The notes beneath the pieces were generated by a model. The model was not told the origin of the DNA and did no database searches. It was given only the letters and a program-made list of their open reading frames with translations. From contig JAFUFO010000036.1 of the NCBI GenBank assembly GCA_017469885.1, positions 89,991 through 153,990 on the forward strand: a stretch of 64,000 nucleotides of DNA. Direction: 5' to 3'. This document shows, piece by piece, positions 46,976-57,093 of the stretch. The position numbers were made by a program, and so were the translations under genes. Numbering within the stretch: the stretch's first letter is position 1; each line of letters begins with the position of its first letter. The stretch is from Solobacterium sp. (lineage in GTDB: Bacteria; Bacillota_I; Bacilli_A; Erysipelotrichales; Erysipelotrichaceae).

Positions 46976-48234
46976 TGCGTCTTTTCCCTCACTTTCAGAA
47001 AACAGTACGGCAGTGCGCAGAGCGCCGTCACCGTAATCGCAAATACACGGTGCGTGAACCATACATGGACGATGGAATGATTGCGGATCACATAGTACCA
47101 GATAAACGGATACGTACCGACCAGAATCAGCGGAAGAAGCTTACTGACGGAAACGGAGAACTTCAGTTTCCGGAAGATCAGTCCGATGATCAGCACCAGC
47201 ACGAATACCGCCGCAAAGAACGGCAGCGGCTTGGTGAAGATCGTATGGAAGTTTTCCTGCAGGACATTCAGGTACGACATATTGATATTGGCAACTTCTC
47301 CGCTGCTGCGAAGACCGACGGCTCCAAGTCCGTCGGCCACAAGATCATAGCCGGTAAATGCCGAGCCGATAAACCACTTGATGACCCACATGCCCGCATA
47401 TCCGATGACCCAGTCAATACTGAGCCGGATCACATTCCAGATATGTTTCCATGTGCCGTCATTCTTTAACATCAGATAAACGATCAGCGGAATGCCCATG
47501 GCAACTGCCGGATAGGTCATCAGGTCAAAGAACGCAACCGCAATGCCCGACCACAGGAATACTGCCCACCAGAGATTGCGGGATTCGATGTAGTTGCGAT
47601 GCCGCAACATCACGATGAGCGTAACCAGAACGATGTAATAGATGGACGAAAACTGGAGCGATAATGCCATCGTAATGGGATTCATGGAGAAGAGCCCGAT
47701 TCCGACGCCAAGACACGCAAGCAGTCCAAGTTCCCGATACAGCAGGATCATCATCCAGCAGAGCAGGAATAACTGCAGTCCCATGTTTATAATGCGGAGC
47801 TCCGGAATGTTAAAGACCAGGAGAAGCGGCTTCATCCATACCAGATAGCCATGCCAGTACCGTCCGTAGACGACCTGTTCATAGCCTTCGTACAGCGGTT
47901 CCCCGCCTGCCACTCTGAGCAGCCAGGTACTGCTGTTGTCGGTATCCGCCCAGCCGACATAGCAGTTGATCATAGAATCATATAACAGCTTTCCGGTTCC
48001 CGGATTGATCGCAATATCTGCCATCAGGGAATCCGTGAAATTATCGGATTGCGTATTGAGCACATCCGCGGCCCAGTATCGGTAGTTTCCTTCGGTTTCC
48101 AGCAGTTCCTTTGACCGGTTGATGTTGTTTACCATACGGGTCTTTGGAATTGCGTAGACGCCCACGATCAAAAGGAATCCGGCGACTGCCGCAATTACAA
48201 GATATTCAATGATGCCAAGTATTCGCTTTCCCAT
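46972..48234 (-). CDS. Hypothetical multi-pass membrane protein (RYWHGY type)
   Basis: Extracellular loop, then about 10 TM segments; YGRYWHGY, FDLMTYP, HVWFTHR. Confidence 0.65.
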   Translation of the reverse strand: MGKRILGIIEYLVIAAVAGFLLIVGVYAIPKTRMVNNINRSKELLETEGNYRYWAADVLNTQSDNFTDSLMADIAINPGTGKLLYDSMINCYVGWADTDNSSTWLLRVAGGEPLYEGYEQVVYGRYWHGYLVWMKPLLLVFNIPELRIINMGLQLFLLCWMMILLYRELGLLACLGVGIGLFSMNPITMALSLQFSSIYYIVLVTLIVMLRHRNYIESRNLWWAVFLWSGIAVAFFDLMTYPAVAMGIPLIVYLMLKNDGTWKHIWNVIRLSIDWVIGYAGMWVIKWFIGSAFTGYDLVADGLGAVGLRSSGEVANINMSYLNVLQENFHTIFTKPLPFFAAVFVLVLIIGLIFRKLKFSVSVSKLLPLILVGTYPFIWYYVIRNHSIVHVWFTHRVFAITVTALCALPYCFLKVREKTQ

Positions 48235-49793
48235 TATTTCTTCTCTTCGTGATATTCCTGTTCGGTATTGACCGACCAGATGTTGGATTTATCCTGAACA
48301 CCGTTCAGGATGTTCTTTACTGCCTCAAAACTTGTGCACATACTGTGGTCGATATTGTTGTATCGATGCTGGCCGTTCCGGCCGACACAATACAGGTTGC
48401 CGATGGTATTCAGATAACCGATCAGTGAATCAATTTCACTGTAGGTATCAAAGTATGCCGGATAGGCCTTCTTTACACGCTCGACATGCGTATCGAGGAC
48501 ATTGTTGCGGCTGTCGATGAGATTCAGGTTTACCATCTCCCGTACGCCAAGCACCGCAAAGTCCGCATCACTCATGGACCAGAGGTCATCCCCTTCATTG
48601 CAGAAGTATTCCAGACCGATCCATACCGTGTGCGCAAGGTCCTTTACCATATACGGGCTCCAGTTGTTGTAGATCTGGAACCGGCCCATCTTCACACTGC
48701 GGTCATGGACATAGACCCAGTTGTCGGGAACGATATTTCCGACTGTCTTCATGGAGGTCTCGTTCTTCAGATTCAGTTTGTTCACAAGGACACCGACGGT
48801 CATGTAATCACGGTACGGAAGTCCTTCCGCAATCCGGCGCATATCTTCCGGCACGTCATTCATTCCCGCCACAAGATCTTTGATCGGCATCGAGGAGATG
48901 ACGATATCGCCGTCATAATCTTTCTCCACGCCATCTGTAACGGCACTCACGCCGATCAGCTGGTTGTCTTCCCCTTTGCGGAGCTTTGTGACCTTCGTAT
49001 TTTTCAGAATGGTTCCGCCCATCCGGATCACTTCTTCCGCTGTTACATCCCAGAGTTCGCCCGGGCCAAGTTTCGGATAGGAGAATTCCTCAATCAGTGA
49101 GGTTTCAACCACACGGTTTTTCTTACCGAACTGCTTTTCCAAGGCATTCTTTACGACTGCCATAATCGAGACGCCTTTGACACGCTGTGCGCCCCAGGAC
49201 GGATCGATTTCCGACGGATGACGTCCCCAGAGGTTCTCCGTGTAATGCTCAAAGAACATTGAATAGAGCTTCTTGCCGAAGCGGTTGATATAGAAGTCCT
49301 CGAGGGAGTTCTCCTTCCGCTTGTGGACCATGGAGCCAAGATAGGAGAATCCGGAAGCCATCGTATCCTTAAAGCCCATATTGCGGAACGTATCCACTTT
49401 CAGGGTAATCGGATAATCAAAGAACTTCTGCTTGAAGAAAATACGGGATACCCGGTTTCTCCGCAGCATCACCCGATCCTCACTCTCCGGATCCGGTCCG
49501 CCTTCCTGCAGGGTCACAGCTCGTCCCAGCAGTTTGTCATCCTTTGCCGGTTTGCCCTGGCGCGGCAGAAGTTCATCCCACCATGCATTGACCTCCGGCA
49601 CCTTGGAAAAGAAGCGGTGTCCGCCCATATCCATACGGTTGCCGTTATGTTCTACCGTGCGGGAAATACCGCCGAAGCAGTCGGATTCCTCAAACACGGT
49701 CACGTCGTATTCATCCGATTTTTTAAGCAGCTCATAGGCCGCAGTCAGACCGGCCGGACCGGCACCGATGATCAGTATAGTTTTCTTGGTCAT
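48234..49793 (-). CDS. NAD(P)/FAD-dependent oxidoreductase (UDP-galactopyranose mutase/HemY-like, PRK07208-type)
   Basis: IIGAGPAGL, GGISRT, DMGGHRFFSK, AYPAY, GRNGQHRYNNIDHSM. Confidence 0.8.
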   Translation of the reverse strand: MTKKTILIIGAGPAGLTAAYELLKKSDEYDVTVFEESDCFGGISRTVEHNGNRMDMGGHRFFSKVPEVNAWWDELLPRQGKPAKDDKLLGRAVTLQEGGPDPESEDRVMLRRNRVSRIFFKQKFFDYPITLKVDTFRNMGFKDTMASGFSYLGSMVHKRKENSLEDFYINRFGKKLYSMFFEHYTENLWGRHPSEIDPSWGAQRVKGVSIMAVVKNALEKQFGKKNRVVETSLIEEFSYPKLGPGELWDVTAEEVIRMGGTILKNTKVTKLRKGEDNQLIGVSAVTDGVEKDYDGDIVISSMPIKDLVAGMNDVPEDMRRIAEGLPYRDYMTVGVLVNKLNLKNETSMKTVGNIVPDNWVYVHDRSVKMGRFQIYNNWSPYMVKDLAHTVWIGLEYFCNEGDDLWSMSDADFAVLGVREMVNLNLIDSRNNVLDTHVERVKKAYPAYFDTYSEIDSLIGYLNTIGNLYCVGRNGQHRYNNIDHSMCTSFEAVKNILNGVQDKSNIWSVNTEQEYHEEKK

Positions 49794-50782
49794 TGTATGT
49801 TTGTCTTTCCTTTCAGAAGATCGAAAACCTTTATCAGCACGAATGCGGCAAGGATATCCGCCGCAAGACGTGCGCATACCGCCGCAAACGGCGGCAGTGT
49901 GAACCACAACTGCGTCAGGCTGTCTTCCGCCGCATGAATACACATCAGAATGAGTGAGTGCCTGCCAAGCCAGCAGAGTGCGCCTTTCAGTTTTTCCGGA
50001 TAACAGATCGCCTGGATAAACCGGATCGCGCAATAGGATCCGCAGAAGCTTTCAAGAATACCAAGCGAGAATTCCGGATACCAGCGTCCGGACATCTCGA
50101 TATATCCGAACTTCTGCATCAGAAACATCCAGATGATCATGAAGACCGGAATCAGAACGCGGTCATACTTCTTCAGCTGATCGAGGTGGTCCCGTACAAG
50201 CATTCCCGCAAGTACAAATCCGCAGGCTGCCATCGATACATCAAGATTGAAGATCAGCCAGTTCCAATCAAAGCCGCCAATGCCAAAACCAAGCAGTGAA
50301 ATCAGCGCAATGAGATACGGCGCACGCCGTTCGAGATCCCCTTTATAGACCGTATACACGGCATTGACGATCGTCCGTGCACTGAAGAGACTGACAAGGA
50401 ACCAGAGTACGCCGATTGCCTCATGCGTACCGTCTCCGGTACCGCTGGCCCAGATAAGCGCTTCGCACGTATCCTTCAGCACATCCAGCAAAGGCAGATG
50501 CCGCAGGATGATCTTTGCGGCTGCGATGAGAAGACCGGTCAGCACATACGGCACAAGCAGATGCACTGCATCCTTCTTTGTCCGGTAAAAAAAATCAGCC
50601 CAGTTGGAAGCCGGCCGGAACGTATAGCCCGACAGAATGAAAAACAGCGGAATGTGAAAGGAAAAAATGATATTCCGCGTAAAGGTTCCCGATGCCACCG
50701 TATGCCCGGCAATGACCAAAAGAATCGCAAGTCCCTTTGCGGCATCAACCCATTCAATTCGTCTGTTTTTCAGTGTACTCAT
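49790..50782 (-). CDS. Acyltransferase family 3 (OafA-like)
   Basis: DAAKGLAILLVIAGH, FHIPLFFILSGY, LWFL, GRHSL. Confidence 0.88.
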   Translation of the reverse strand: MSTLKNRRIEWVDAAKGLAILLVIAGHTVASGTFTRNIIFSFHIPLFFILSGYTFRPASNWADFFYRTKKDAVHLLVPYVLTGLLIAAAKIILRHLPLLDVLKDTCEALIWASGTGDGTHEAIGVLWFLVSLFSARTIVNAVYTVYKGDLERRAPYLIALISLLGFGIGGFDWNWLIFNLDVSMAACGFVLAGMLVRDHLDQLKKYDRVLIPVFMIIWMFLMQKFGYIEMSGRWYPEFSLGILESFCGSYCAIRFIQAICYPEKLKGALCWLGRHSLILMCIHAAEDSLTQLWFTLPPFAAVCARLAADILAAFVLIKVFDLLKGKTNIQ

Positions 50783-50888
50783 CCGATTTCCTGTTCTTGA
50801 AAAATTATACGGCAAAGTGCCTGCTTTCTCAAACCGCAAAACGCCCCTGCGGCTCCGCCAAACCCCTCTTCCGTGCTATGATTCTGTC

Positions 50889-51917
50889 GTGAGAATTGAA
50901 CAGAACGAAAACATTGCGTCTTTCCTTGCCCGATGCCGCCGGAATCTTTCCAATACGGCATTGAATTCCTTTCTCGACCGCAGGGTCACTTCGGGCAGTG
51001 AAGCATATCTCCGCCGACAGCTGAAGCGGGCCGGTGCACAGGAATTTGAAGGTCCCGAAACGACCTGGCCTTCCCTGTTTCTTTCGGTCGACGCATTTGA
51101 GAAAACGCCCTATCACCGGAATGTGACCGCAAAGCTCAGCGGGATGCATGGTGATCTCTATGATACGGTCATCTTTGAAGGAAACCGGCTCTTCAATCTG
51201 GATGCCGTACAGCCGGATCAGAACCGGGAACTCAATGACTGGATGAAACTGCGTGCCCTCGACCGGGATGCCAATACGCTGGTGCTTGCGGATGGCGAAA
51301 CCGAATGGATGCTGGATATGCCTTCAGAAGCCGCCACAAATGATCCGTTTGCCCGCAGGGCGCACGGCAATGTCCTGCTGTTTGGACTGGGCATCGGATA
51401 TGTCCTGTATATGACCCTGGGCAATCCAGCCGTTTCCCATATCACTGTCGTCGAATACAATCCCCGGGTGATTGAGGTATTTGAACAGATCCTGAAGCCG
51501 CTGTTTCCGGATCATGACCGGTTCACGATCCTGCAGGATGATGCCCGAAACCGCTGGAACGAGGAATGGCTTGCCGATTTCGACTGTATCTTCACCGATA
51601 TCTGGCAGAGCGGAGACGATGGCCTGTTCATAATGGCAGATCTGCTTTCCAGAGCGTCCATTCCTCTGGACAAGGCGGACTTCTGGATCGAAGACAGCTG
51701 TATTGTCCCTTTGCGGACACTGGTATTTCTGCATTATGAGGAACTGCTGGAACACAAACCCCGACCGGTTGCGGAAGACTATGAACCGCTTATGAATAAC
51801 GTCCGCCGCTGGTTTGATTCCGATCCGGCAGTCATCGACAATGCGGAGGCTCTGAAAGACCGTTTATACAGCCGCGACGTGCTTCGCGGCATTCTTGGAG
51901 GAAGAACATGCGCGTAA
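50889..51917 (+). CDS. Class I SAM-dependent methyltransferase/spermidine-synthase-like protein
   Basis: VLLFGLGIGY, ITVVEYN, QDDA, CIFTDIW; probable GTG start at 50889. Confidence 0.65.
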   Translation: MRIEQNENIASFLARCRRNLSNTALNSFLDRRVTSGSEAYLRRQLKRAGAQEFEGPETTWPSLFLSVDAFEKTPYHRNVTAKLSGMHGDLYDTVIFEGNRLFNLDAVQPDQNRELNDWMKLRALDRDANTLVLADGETEWMLDMPSEAATNDPFARRAHGNVLLFGLGIGYVLYMTLGNPAVSHITVVEYNPRVIEVFEQILKPLFPDHDRFTILQDDARNRWNEEWLADFDCIFTDIWQSGDDGLFIMADLLSRASIPLDKADFWIEDSCIVPLRTLVFLHYEELLEHKPRPVAEDYEPLMNNVRRWFDSDPAVIDNAEALKDRLYSRDVLRGILGGRTCA

Positions 51918-52726
51918 ACATGCATACCCATTCCGTCTTCTGCGACGGAAAAGATACCCCGCGGGAAATGATCGAAACCGCAATTGAAAAAGGCTTTGAT
52001 ATTCTCGGATTCTCCGGTCATGGCTACAGTCCGTACGATGATGTGTCGATGAGCCTGGAGGCAACGGAAGAATACATCAAAACGATCCGCTTGCTTCAGA
52101 AGGAATATCAGGACCGGATCACCGTATATCTTGGCATCGAACAGGACAAGACCTGCCGTATTCCGTCCAAAGACCCGTATGACTTTGTGATCGGCAGTAT
52201 GCACTTTCTTTCAAAGGATGACAAACACATTCCGATCGATATGTCGAAGGAAGTCTTCACTCAGCTTCTGGAAGACTTCTATGACGGGGACTTTACTGCC
52301 ATGGCAAAAGCCTATTATGACGAAATCGCACAGATGAAGGATTTTGCGGAAGTGGATATCATCGGACATCTCGATCTGCTTATGAAATACAACGAAGATG
52401 AATCCTTTATCCGCTTTGATGATCCCTCCTATGTATCCCTTGCGGAACAGTGCATTTATGCGATCGGCACCTCCAAACTCTTTGAGGTCAATACCGGTGC
52501 GATTGCCCGCGGCATGCGGAAATCCCCCTATCCCGCAAAGAACCTGCTGGAGATCCTGCATTCTGCCGGCGTGGGAATCATGCTGAACAGCGACTGCCAT
52601 GACCGCAGATATCTCGACTGTGCATTCCCGGAATCGCTTGCCCTGATCCGCTCCTGCGGGTTTGACTGCATGTACATATTAAAAGACGGGGAATTCATCC
52701 CCGTCGATATCGATCAGTTTCACTGA
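51908..52726 (+). CDS. PHP-family phosphatase (histidinol-phosphatase HisJ-like)
   Basis: HTHS..CDG, GFSGH, IGSMH, IGHLD, FEVNTG, NSDCH. Confidence 0.85.
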   Translation: MRVNMHTHSVFCDGKDTPREMIETAIEKGFDILGFSGHGYSPYDDVSMSLEATEEYIKTIRLLQKEYQDRITVYLGIEQDKTCRIPSKDPYDFVIGSMHFLSKDDKHIPIDMSKEVFTQLLEDFYDGDFTAMAKAYYDEIAQMKDFAEVDIIGHLDLLMKYNEDESFIRFDDPSYVSLAEQCIYAIGTSKLFEVNTGAIARGMRKSPYPAKNLLEILHSAGVGIMLNSDCHDRRYLDCAFPESLALIRSCGFDCMYILKDGEFIPVDIDQFH

Positions 52727-54120
52727 ATCCGATTACCGGATGCGTCAAAGACGGAATGGTCAATGACGTATCCTTTTTCTTTGTCGAGAAGTACGACCTG
52801 CAGCCCCTCTGCAGTCCGCTCATAGGTCAGATCATACACCCGGATCCGTCCGTTCATCACATCCGATTCCAGCGCGATATGCATCAGGTTTCCAAACCGG
52901 AATTCCTTATGCGGCTCCCGGAAGATCTGTGTCCTGCCGTCTTCCATCATCAGTGCCGCCGGACCGGCCTCTTCCATGCCAAGCAGTGCGGATGCTTCGG
53001 ATCCGCTCCAGGTCATGAAGATCCGATAATCATTCGGATCGATTGCACTGTAATATTCATCAAATGACTGGATCCGGTAAAGATTTGCGTTTTTCAGCTG
53101 CCGCTCACAATACGCGCGGCTGTTTTCATACTGGGCATCTTCCCTGCCCTGCACGCCGGATTCCAGCAGAACCTTGCCGATATAATCCGTCAGCTTTTCG
53201 GCACCAAAGTTGTTGGCATGACCGGCATCGGCCATATCATGCGGGAAGTCATAGTTCATCGCCTCAATAACGGATGCTTCATTGAAGTCCACATAACGGA
53301 CCGCATGTTCTTCCGCAAAAACCGCAACTGCCTGATGCACTTCATTTGTCGTTTCCACATATGGTGTATTGACGAGGATCAGCTGAATGCCGTGTTCACT
53401 GCACAGCTGTACGATACGCCCGAGATAGGTTCGCATCACATTCTGCATCCCCGCAGGCGTTACCCCTGTCTTTGGCTTCAATGGTTCAAATCCGGTGTCT
53501 CTGGTATCTTCCGAAAGTACGGCATACCCCTTCAGGCTGGTATTCTCCTTCGGAAAGAAGCGGATATCGCTGAGGGAAAGATCATTCCAGCGGGCATGGT
53601 AACGGATGATCGGAAACAGATAGCTGGCAAACGTCTCCTTGGGATCAAGCGAGCCGATCGTACGGACCGCTTCGAACTTTACGGAAGACCATTTCATCGG
53701 ATCAAGCGCCTTGCGAATGGATGCCTCATTGCAGTTGTACGGCGTTTCCATGAACGGGAAACAGACTACAGTATCGAGTACGACAGCCTGCGGCTTCTGG
53801 AACCGCAGCGCTTCCTTCAGCCAGTAATAGCTGACTATCAGGCTCTGTTCTTCCGAGCCGAGGTTGAAACTGCGGATGCCGCATTCATCATAGAGTTCCT
53901 GCGGGGAGAACGCGGAGATCGCATGCGAGCTTCCAAGGAAGATCACATCCACGCTGTCCTTCTCCATTTCATAGAAGGACTGATACGTGACATCCAGCGG
54001 CCAGTAATTGTCGTTGCGGAATTTTGGCTTGAAGACTTCTCCGGCAAGCACAGCCATCAGGATCAGTGTTACCAGCAGGATCAATGCGTGACGGAGGACG
54101 GATTTCTTTTCTTTCATCAT
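52720..54120 (-). CDS. Membrane-anchored SGNH-fold protein (second MBOAT partner)
   Basis: N-terminal TM; LGSSH, DAGH; TAATG coupling to the MBOAT gene. Confidence 0.7.
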   Translation of the reverse strand: MMKEKKSVLRHALILLVTLILMAVLAGEVFKPKFRNDNYWPLDVTYQSFYEMEKDSVDVIFLGSSHAISAFSPQELYDECGIRSFNLGSEEQSLIVSYYWLKEALRFQKPQAVVLDTVVCFPFMETPYNCNEASIRKALDPMKWSSVKFEAVRTIGSLDPKETFASYLFPIIRYHARWNDLSLSDIRFFPKENTSLKGYAVLSEDTRDTGFEPLKPKTGVTPAGMQNVMRTYLGRIVQLCSEHGIQLILVNTPYVETTNEVHQAVAVFAEEHAVRYVDFNEASVIEAMNYDFPHDMADAGHANNFGAEKLTDYIGKVLLESGVQGREDAQYENSRAYCERQLKNANLYRIQSFDEYYSAIDPNDYRIFMTWSGSEASALLGMEEAGPAALMMEDGRTQIFREPHKEFRFGNLMHIALESDVMNGRIRVYDLTYERTAEGLQVVLLDKEKGYVIDHSVFDASGNRIQ

Positions 54121-55508
54121 TAAAACCCTCCGTAAATAAACGCACCTGCGTCAAACCCGAAGCCATAGGTGCCGAAAATCAGCACCACCAGCATCAGTAC
54201 CACATAGACCGCATAACGGAATCCCCACGGTTTCTGAAGCAGTTCCCCTTCCAGATCCCGTTTCTCATTCAGTTTCTGCACAATGCCGAAGCACAGGAAT
54301 GCAATCGCAAGCAGGACCCACTCTGCCATGGAAAGACCGAGCAGTCCGGTCTCCTCCGGCATGGAGGATGCGCGCACAAGACTTGCAAGATTGGCGAGCA
54401 CCGCACGGAATCCATAGGACCGGAACAGAATCGAGCTCATCACAAACAGGAAGATTGTCACAAGGTTCCGGATCCGGTTTTTCAGCCAGCCCGGCACATG
54501 CAGGAGTGCATACAGTTTTTCCCGCAGATCAAAGGTCAGTTCCCCGACGATCTGATATCCGGCAGTCAGAAGACCCCAGGCCAGATACGTCAGACTGATG
54601 CCGTGCCAGATTGCGGAAACAACAAATACCGCACAGAGGTTCAGATACTTGCGCAGTCTGCCCTTCCGGGAACCGCCGAGCGGAAAATAGATATAATCCC
54701 GCAGCCACTGGCTGAGACTCATATGCCAGCGGCTCCAGATCTCTGCGGTGGATCTGGAAGAATACGGATGATTGAAGTTGTTTTCAAGTTTAATACCGAA
54801 CAGCAGTGCCACACCCATGGAAAGCAGAACACAGCCAAGGAAATCGGCATAGAGCTGAACCATGAACATCGACATGCCAAGCCATGCGTAAATACCGTTA
54901 TATACGCCTGTCTCGGCGTAGAATGCGGCTGCCGGTATCCCGGCACGGTCGGCAATCAGAAACTTTAAAAGCAGACCGCAGAAAATCTTCAGAAAGCCCC
55001 GCTGGATGTTTTCTTCATTGAACCGATGCCCTTCGGCCAGCTGCGGTGCCAGTTTTGAAAAGCGCGGAATCGGTCCCTGCACGACCTGCGGGAAAAAGGA
55101 AACAAAGAGTGCATACTTTGCAAGATTTGTCTCCGCGGCTGTTTTTCCTTTATACACATCCGCAAGATATGCGATCACCTGCAGGGAAAGATAAGAGAGT
55201 CCCATCGGTATAAAGAAGCGCGGCACTTCAAAGGAGACTACCTGCCGCAGAAGATGAATCCAGAACGGAAGCACCGATACCGCAAGCGAAGCGATGAAAT
55301 ACCCCTTCTGTTTCCGCATGAAGCGGGCCGCAGAAAAACTGGTGACGATCATCCAGCAGAGTGCCGGAATACCCGGCGCGTCCGCAAGATAAAAGAACGC
55401 TGCACTGCCTGCCAGCAGTGCGCACCAGCGCACCCGCATGGGCAGGAGATAATATGCAGCGAAGATTACCGCAACCAGAAGATAGTAATTCAGTGAAATA
55501 TAACTCAT
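54120..55508 (-). CDS. MBOAT family O-acyltransferase (second copy)
   Basis: PMGLSY, QGPIPRF, YADFLG, WSRWHMSL, AIWHG, FIYGGF. Confidence 0.92.
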   Translation of the reverse strand: MSYISLNYYLLVAVIFAAYYLLPMRVRWCALLAGSAAFFYLADAPGIPALCWMIVTSFSAARFMRKQKGYFIASLAVSVLPFWIHLLRQVVSFEVPRFFIPMGLSYLSLQVIAYLADVYKGKTAAETNLAKYALFVSFFPQVVQGPIPRFSKLAPQLAEGHRFNEENIQRGFLKIFCGLLLKFLIADRAGIPAAAFYAETGVYNGIYAWLGMSMFMVQLYADFLGCVLLSMGVALLFGIKLENNFNHPYSSRSTAEIWSRWHMSLSQWLRDYIYFPLGGSRKGRLRKYLNLCAVFVVSAIWHGISLTYLAWGLLTAGYQIVGELTFDLREKLYALLHVPGWLKNRIRNLVTIFLFVMSSILFRSYGFRAVLANLASLVRASSMPEETGLLGLSMAEWVLLAIAFLCFGIVQKLNEKRDLEGELLQKPWGFRYAVYVVLMLVVLIFGTYGFGFDAGAFIYGGF

Positions 55509-55542
55509 GGGTCTATGTTAACAGAAAATCAGAAGAATCCCC

Positions 55543-57081
55543 TCAGCGGATTCCGAGAATGCCAAGAAAGGCACCGAGGCACAGCAGGATCTCAAGCACC
55601 CACTGTCCGATTACCGTCCACTGGAACATCCGGTATACATACAGGAACAGCAGTGCTTCGGTAAACGGATTGAACAGTACATGGAACGTATGAATGAACA
55701 TCGGACCGGTCATATAGGAAATTGCCGGTGTGCATAACGGATTCAGGAAGACCAGCAGGACCGCCTCCAGAACAACGCGGATTCCTCTGTCACACGGCTC
55801 TTTTGCCATCCAGAACAGACAGACAAGTCCGCCCCAGCGGAACACATTAAGCGCAATCTGCAGTGCTCCGGAATGAATCAGCAGGTAATCCCGCATGCCG
55901 TCGATTTCCGTGAAGTCGGAAAAATAATATGTATAGGAGCTGATGCCCTTCCACCCCTGCATGGCACTGATCACCAGTGACGCAACGGTAAGGACTGCCG
56001 GTACAGCAATCAGAAACAGTTCCTTATAGTGGTCAAAACAGAACTCTTCCGCACGGGCGATCCATCGCCGGATCGGCCGTTTGTAGCGGCGGAATGAGAA
56101 CCAGGCATAGAACATGACCAGAAGCCCGGAGAGCGGCGGCCACCAGCGGCTTGCCAGCACGGCAGCCATGTAGGCAACATGCGGAATCACAAATGTAAAC
56201 AGATCAAACAGCGAACGGATCTTATGTACCGAAAAGAGATACACCATGAATCCATACAGCACGGCAATGCCGGAAAGACCGAAACTGTTGTCACAGGCAA
56301 GACCGGCTGTCATGATCGGCAGCCAGAGATATTTGGTCATCTCATTTTCTTCCTTCAGATACCGGTAGCCAGTATAGACCGCCATGGTCGTAAACAATAC
56401 CGCCCAGGACCGTCCAAGCCATGCGGTATCCGGATTCCAGGCTGTATAGTTACCGTTCATCAGAAGATACATGCCAAGCGCAAACTCAAACCAGTGATTG
56501 CGCAGTTCCCGTCTCCGTACGATATCGACGATCAGCATGGAACTCATCAGGACATAAAGCAGACCCATGCCGTAAATCTGCGCCGCACCGTATCCCACCG
56601 GCGCAAGACCGAAGATTCCGCGTGACAGATTCAGATATCTTGCCAGTGCCAGTGCAAAGTGGAAGTACCCCTGAAACTGCGGTGCTTTGACATCACCCAT
56701 CATCTTCGGAAACGGAACATTCCCAGGCGCAATACTGACGACATCATGTCCGGTGCACAGAAACACAAACACCGTCCCTGCCGCAAGCACAAGCAGGCTT
56801 TCCCGCCGCAGCAGTGATGCCTTCATGTCCGGCAGATCATAGAGGACAAAGAACACGGCGGCGATCAGAAGAATGCCGGTGCTGACCAGAATCCAGTGGA
56901 AGGAATACTGAAACAGCTGCACCGGATAGTACAGCACCTGACTGACTGCCAGCAGCAATGCAAAACCGACCGGCGCATTGAAGCCATGTCGGTCAATTCC
57001 AAGGATTCGTTTAAACCAGGCGCCTGTCCCCTCCGCCAGCAACAGCAGCACAAGGGACACGGCGAATATATATGCTTTCAT
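55543..57081 (-). CDS. Hypothetical multi-pass membrane protein
   Basis: 512-aa ORF with many hydrophobic segments, immediately downstream of the GtrA-like gene. Confidence 0.65.
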   Translation of the reverse strand: MKAYIFAVSLVLLLLAEGTGAWFKRILGIDRHGFNAPVGFALLLAVSQVLYYPVQLFQYSFHWILVSTGILLIAAVFFVLYDLPDMKASLLRRESLLVLAAGTVFVFLCTGHDVVSIAPGNVPFPKMMGDVKAPQFQGYFHFALALARYLNLSRGIFGLAPVGYGAAQIYGMGLLYVLMSSMLIVDIVRRRELRNHWFEFALGMYLLMNGNYTAWNPDTAWLGRSWAVLFTTMAVYTGYRYLKEENEMTKYLWLPIMTAGLACDNSFGLSGIAVLYGFMVYLFSVHKIRSLFDLFTFVIPHVAYMAAVLASRWWPPLSGLLVMFYAWFSFRRYKRPIRRWIARAEEFCFDHYKELFLIAVPAVLTVASLVISAMQGWKGISSYTYYFSDFTEIDGMRDYLLIHSGALQIALNVFRWGGLVCLFWMAKEPCDRGIRVVLEAVLLVFLNPLCTPAISYMTGPMFIHTFHVLFNPFTEALLFLYVYRMFQWTVIGQWVLEILLCLGAFLGILGIR

Positions 57082-57093
57082 CGTATGCAGTGA

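Noticed and set aside
49794-50033. Long N-terminal extensions in the ORF track (also 2956-3183, 46976-47062, 50667-50888, 43133-43249)
   Set aside because: They overlap neighbouring genes or promoters and lack homology cues; downstream starts have SDs, coupling or -10 spacing. The ptsI extension differs because it has its own SD and an ACP motif.
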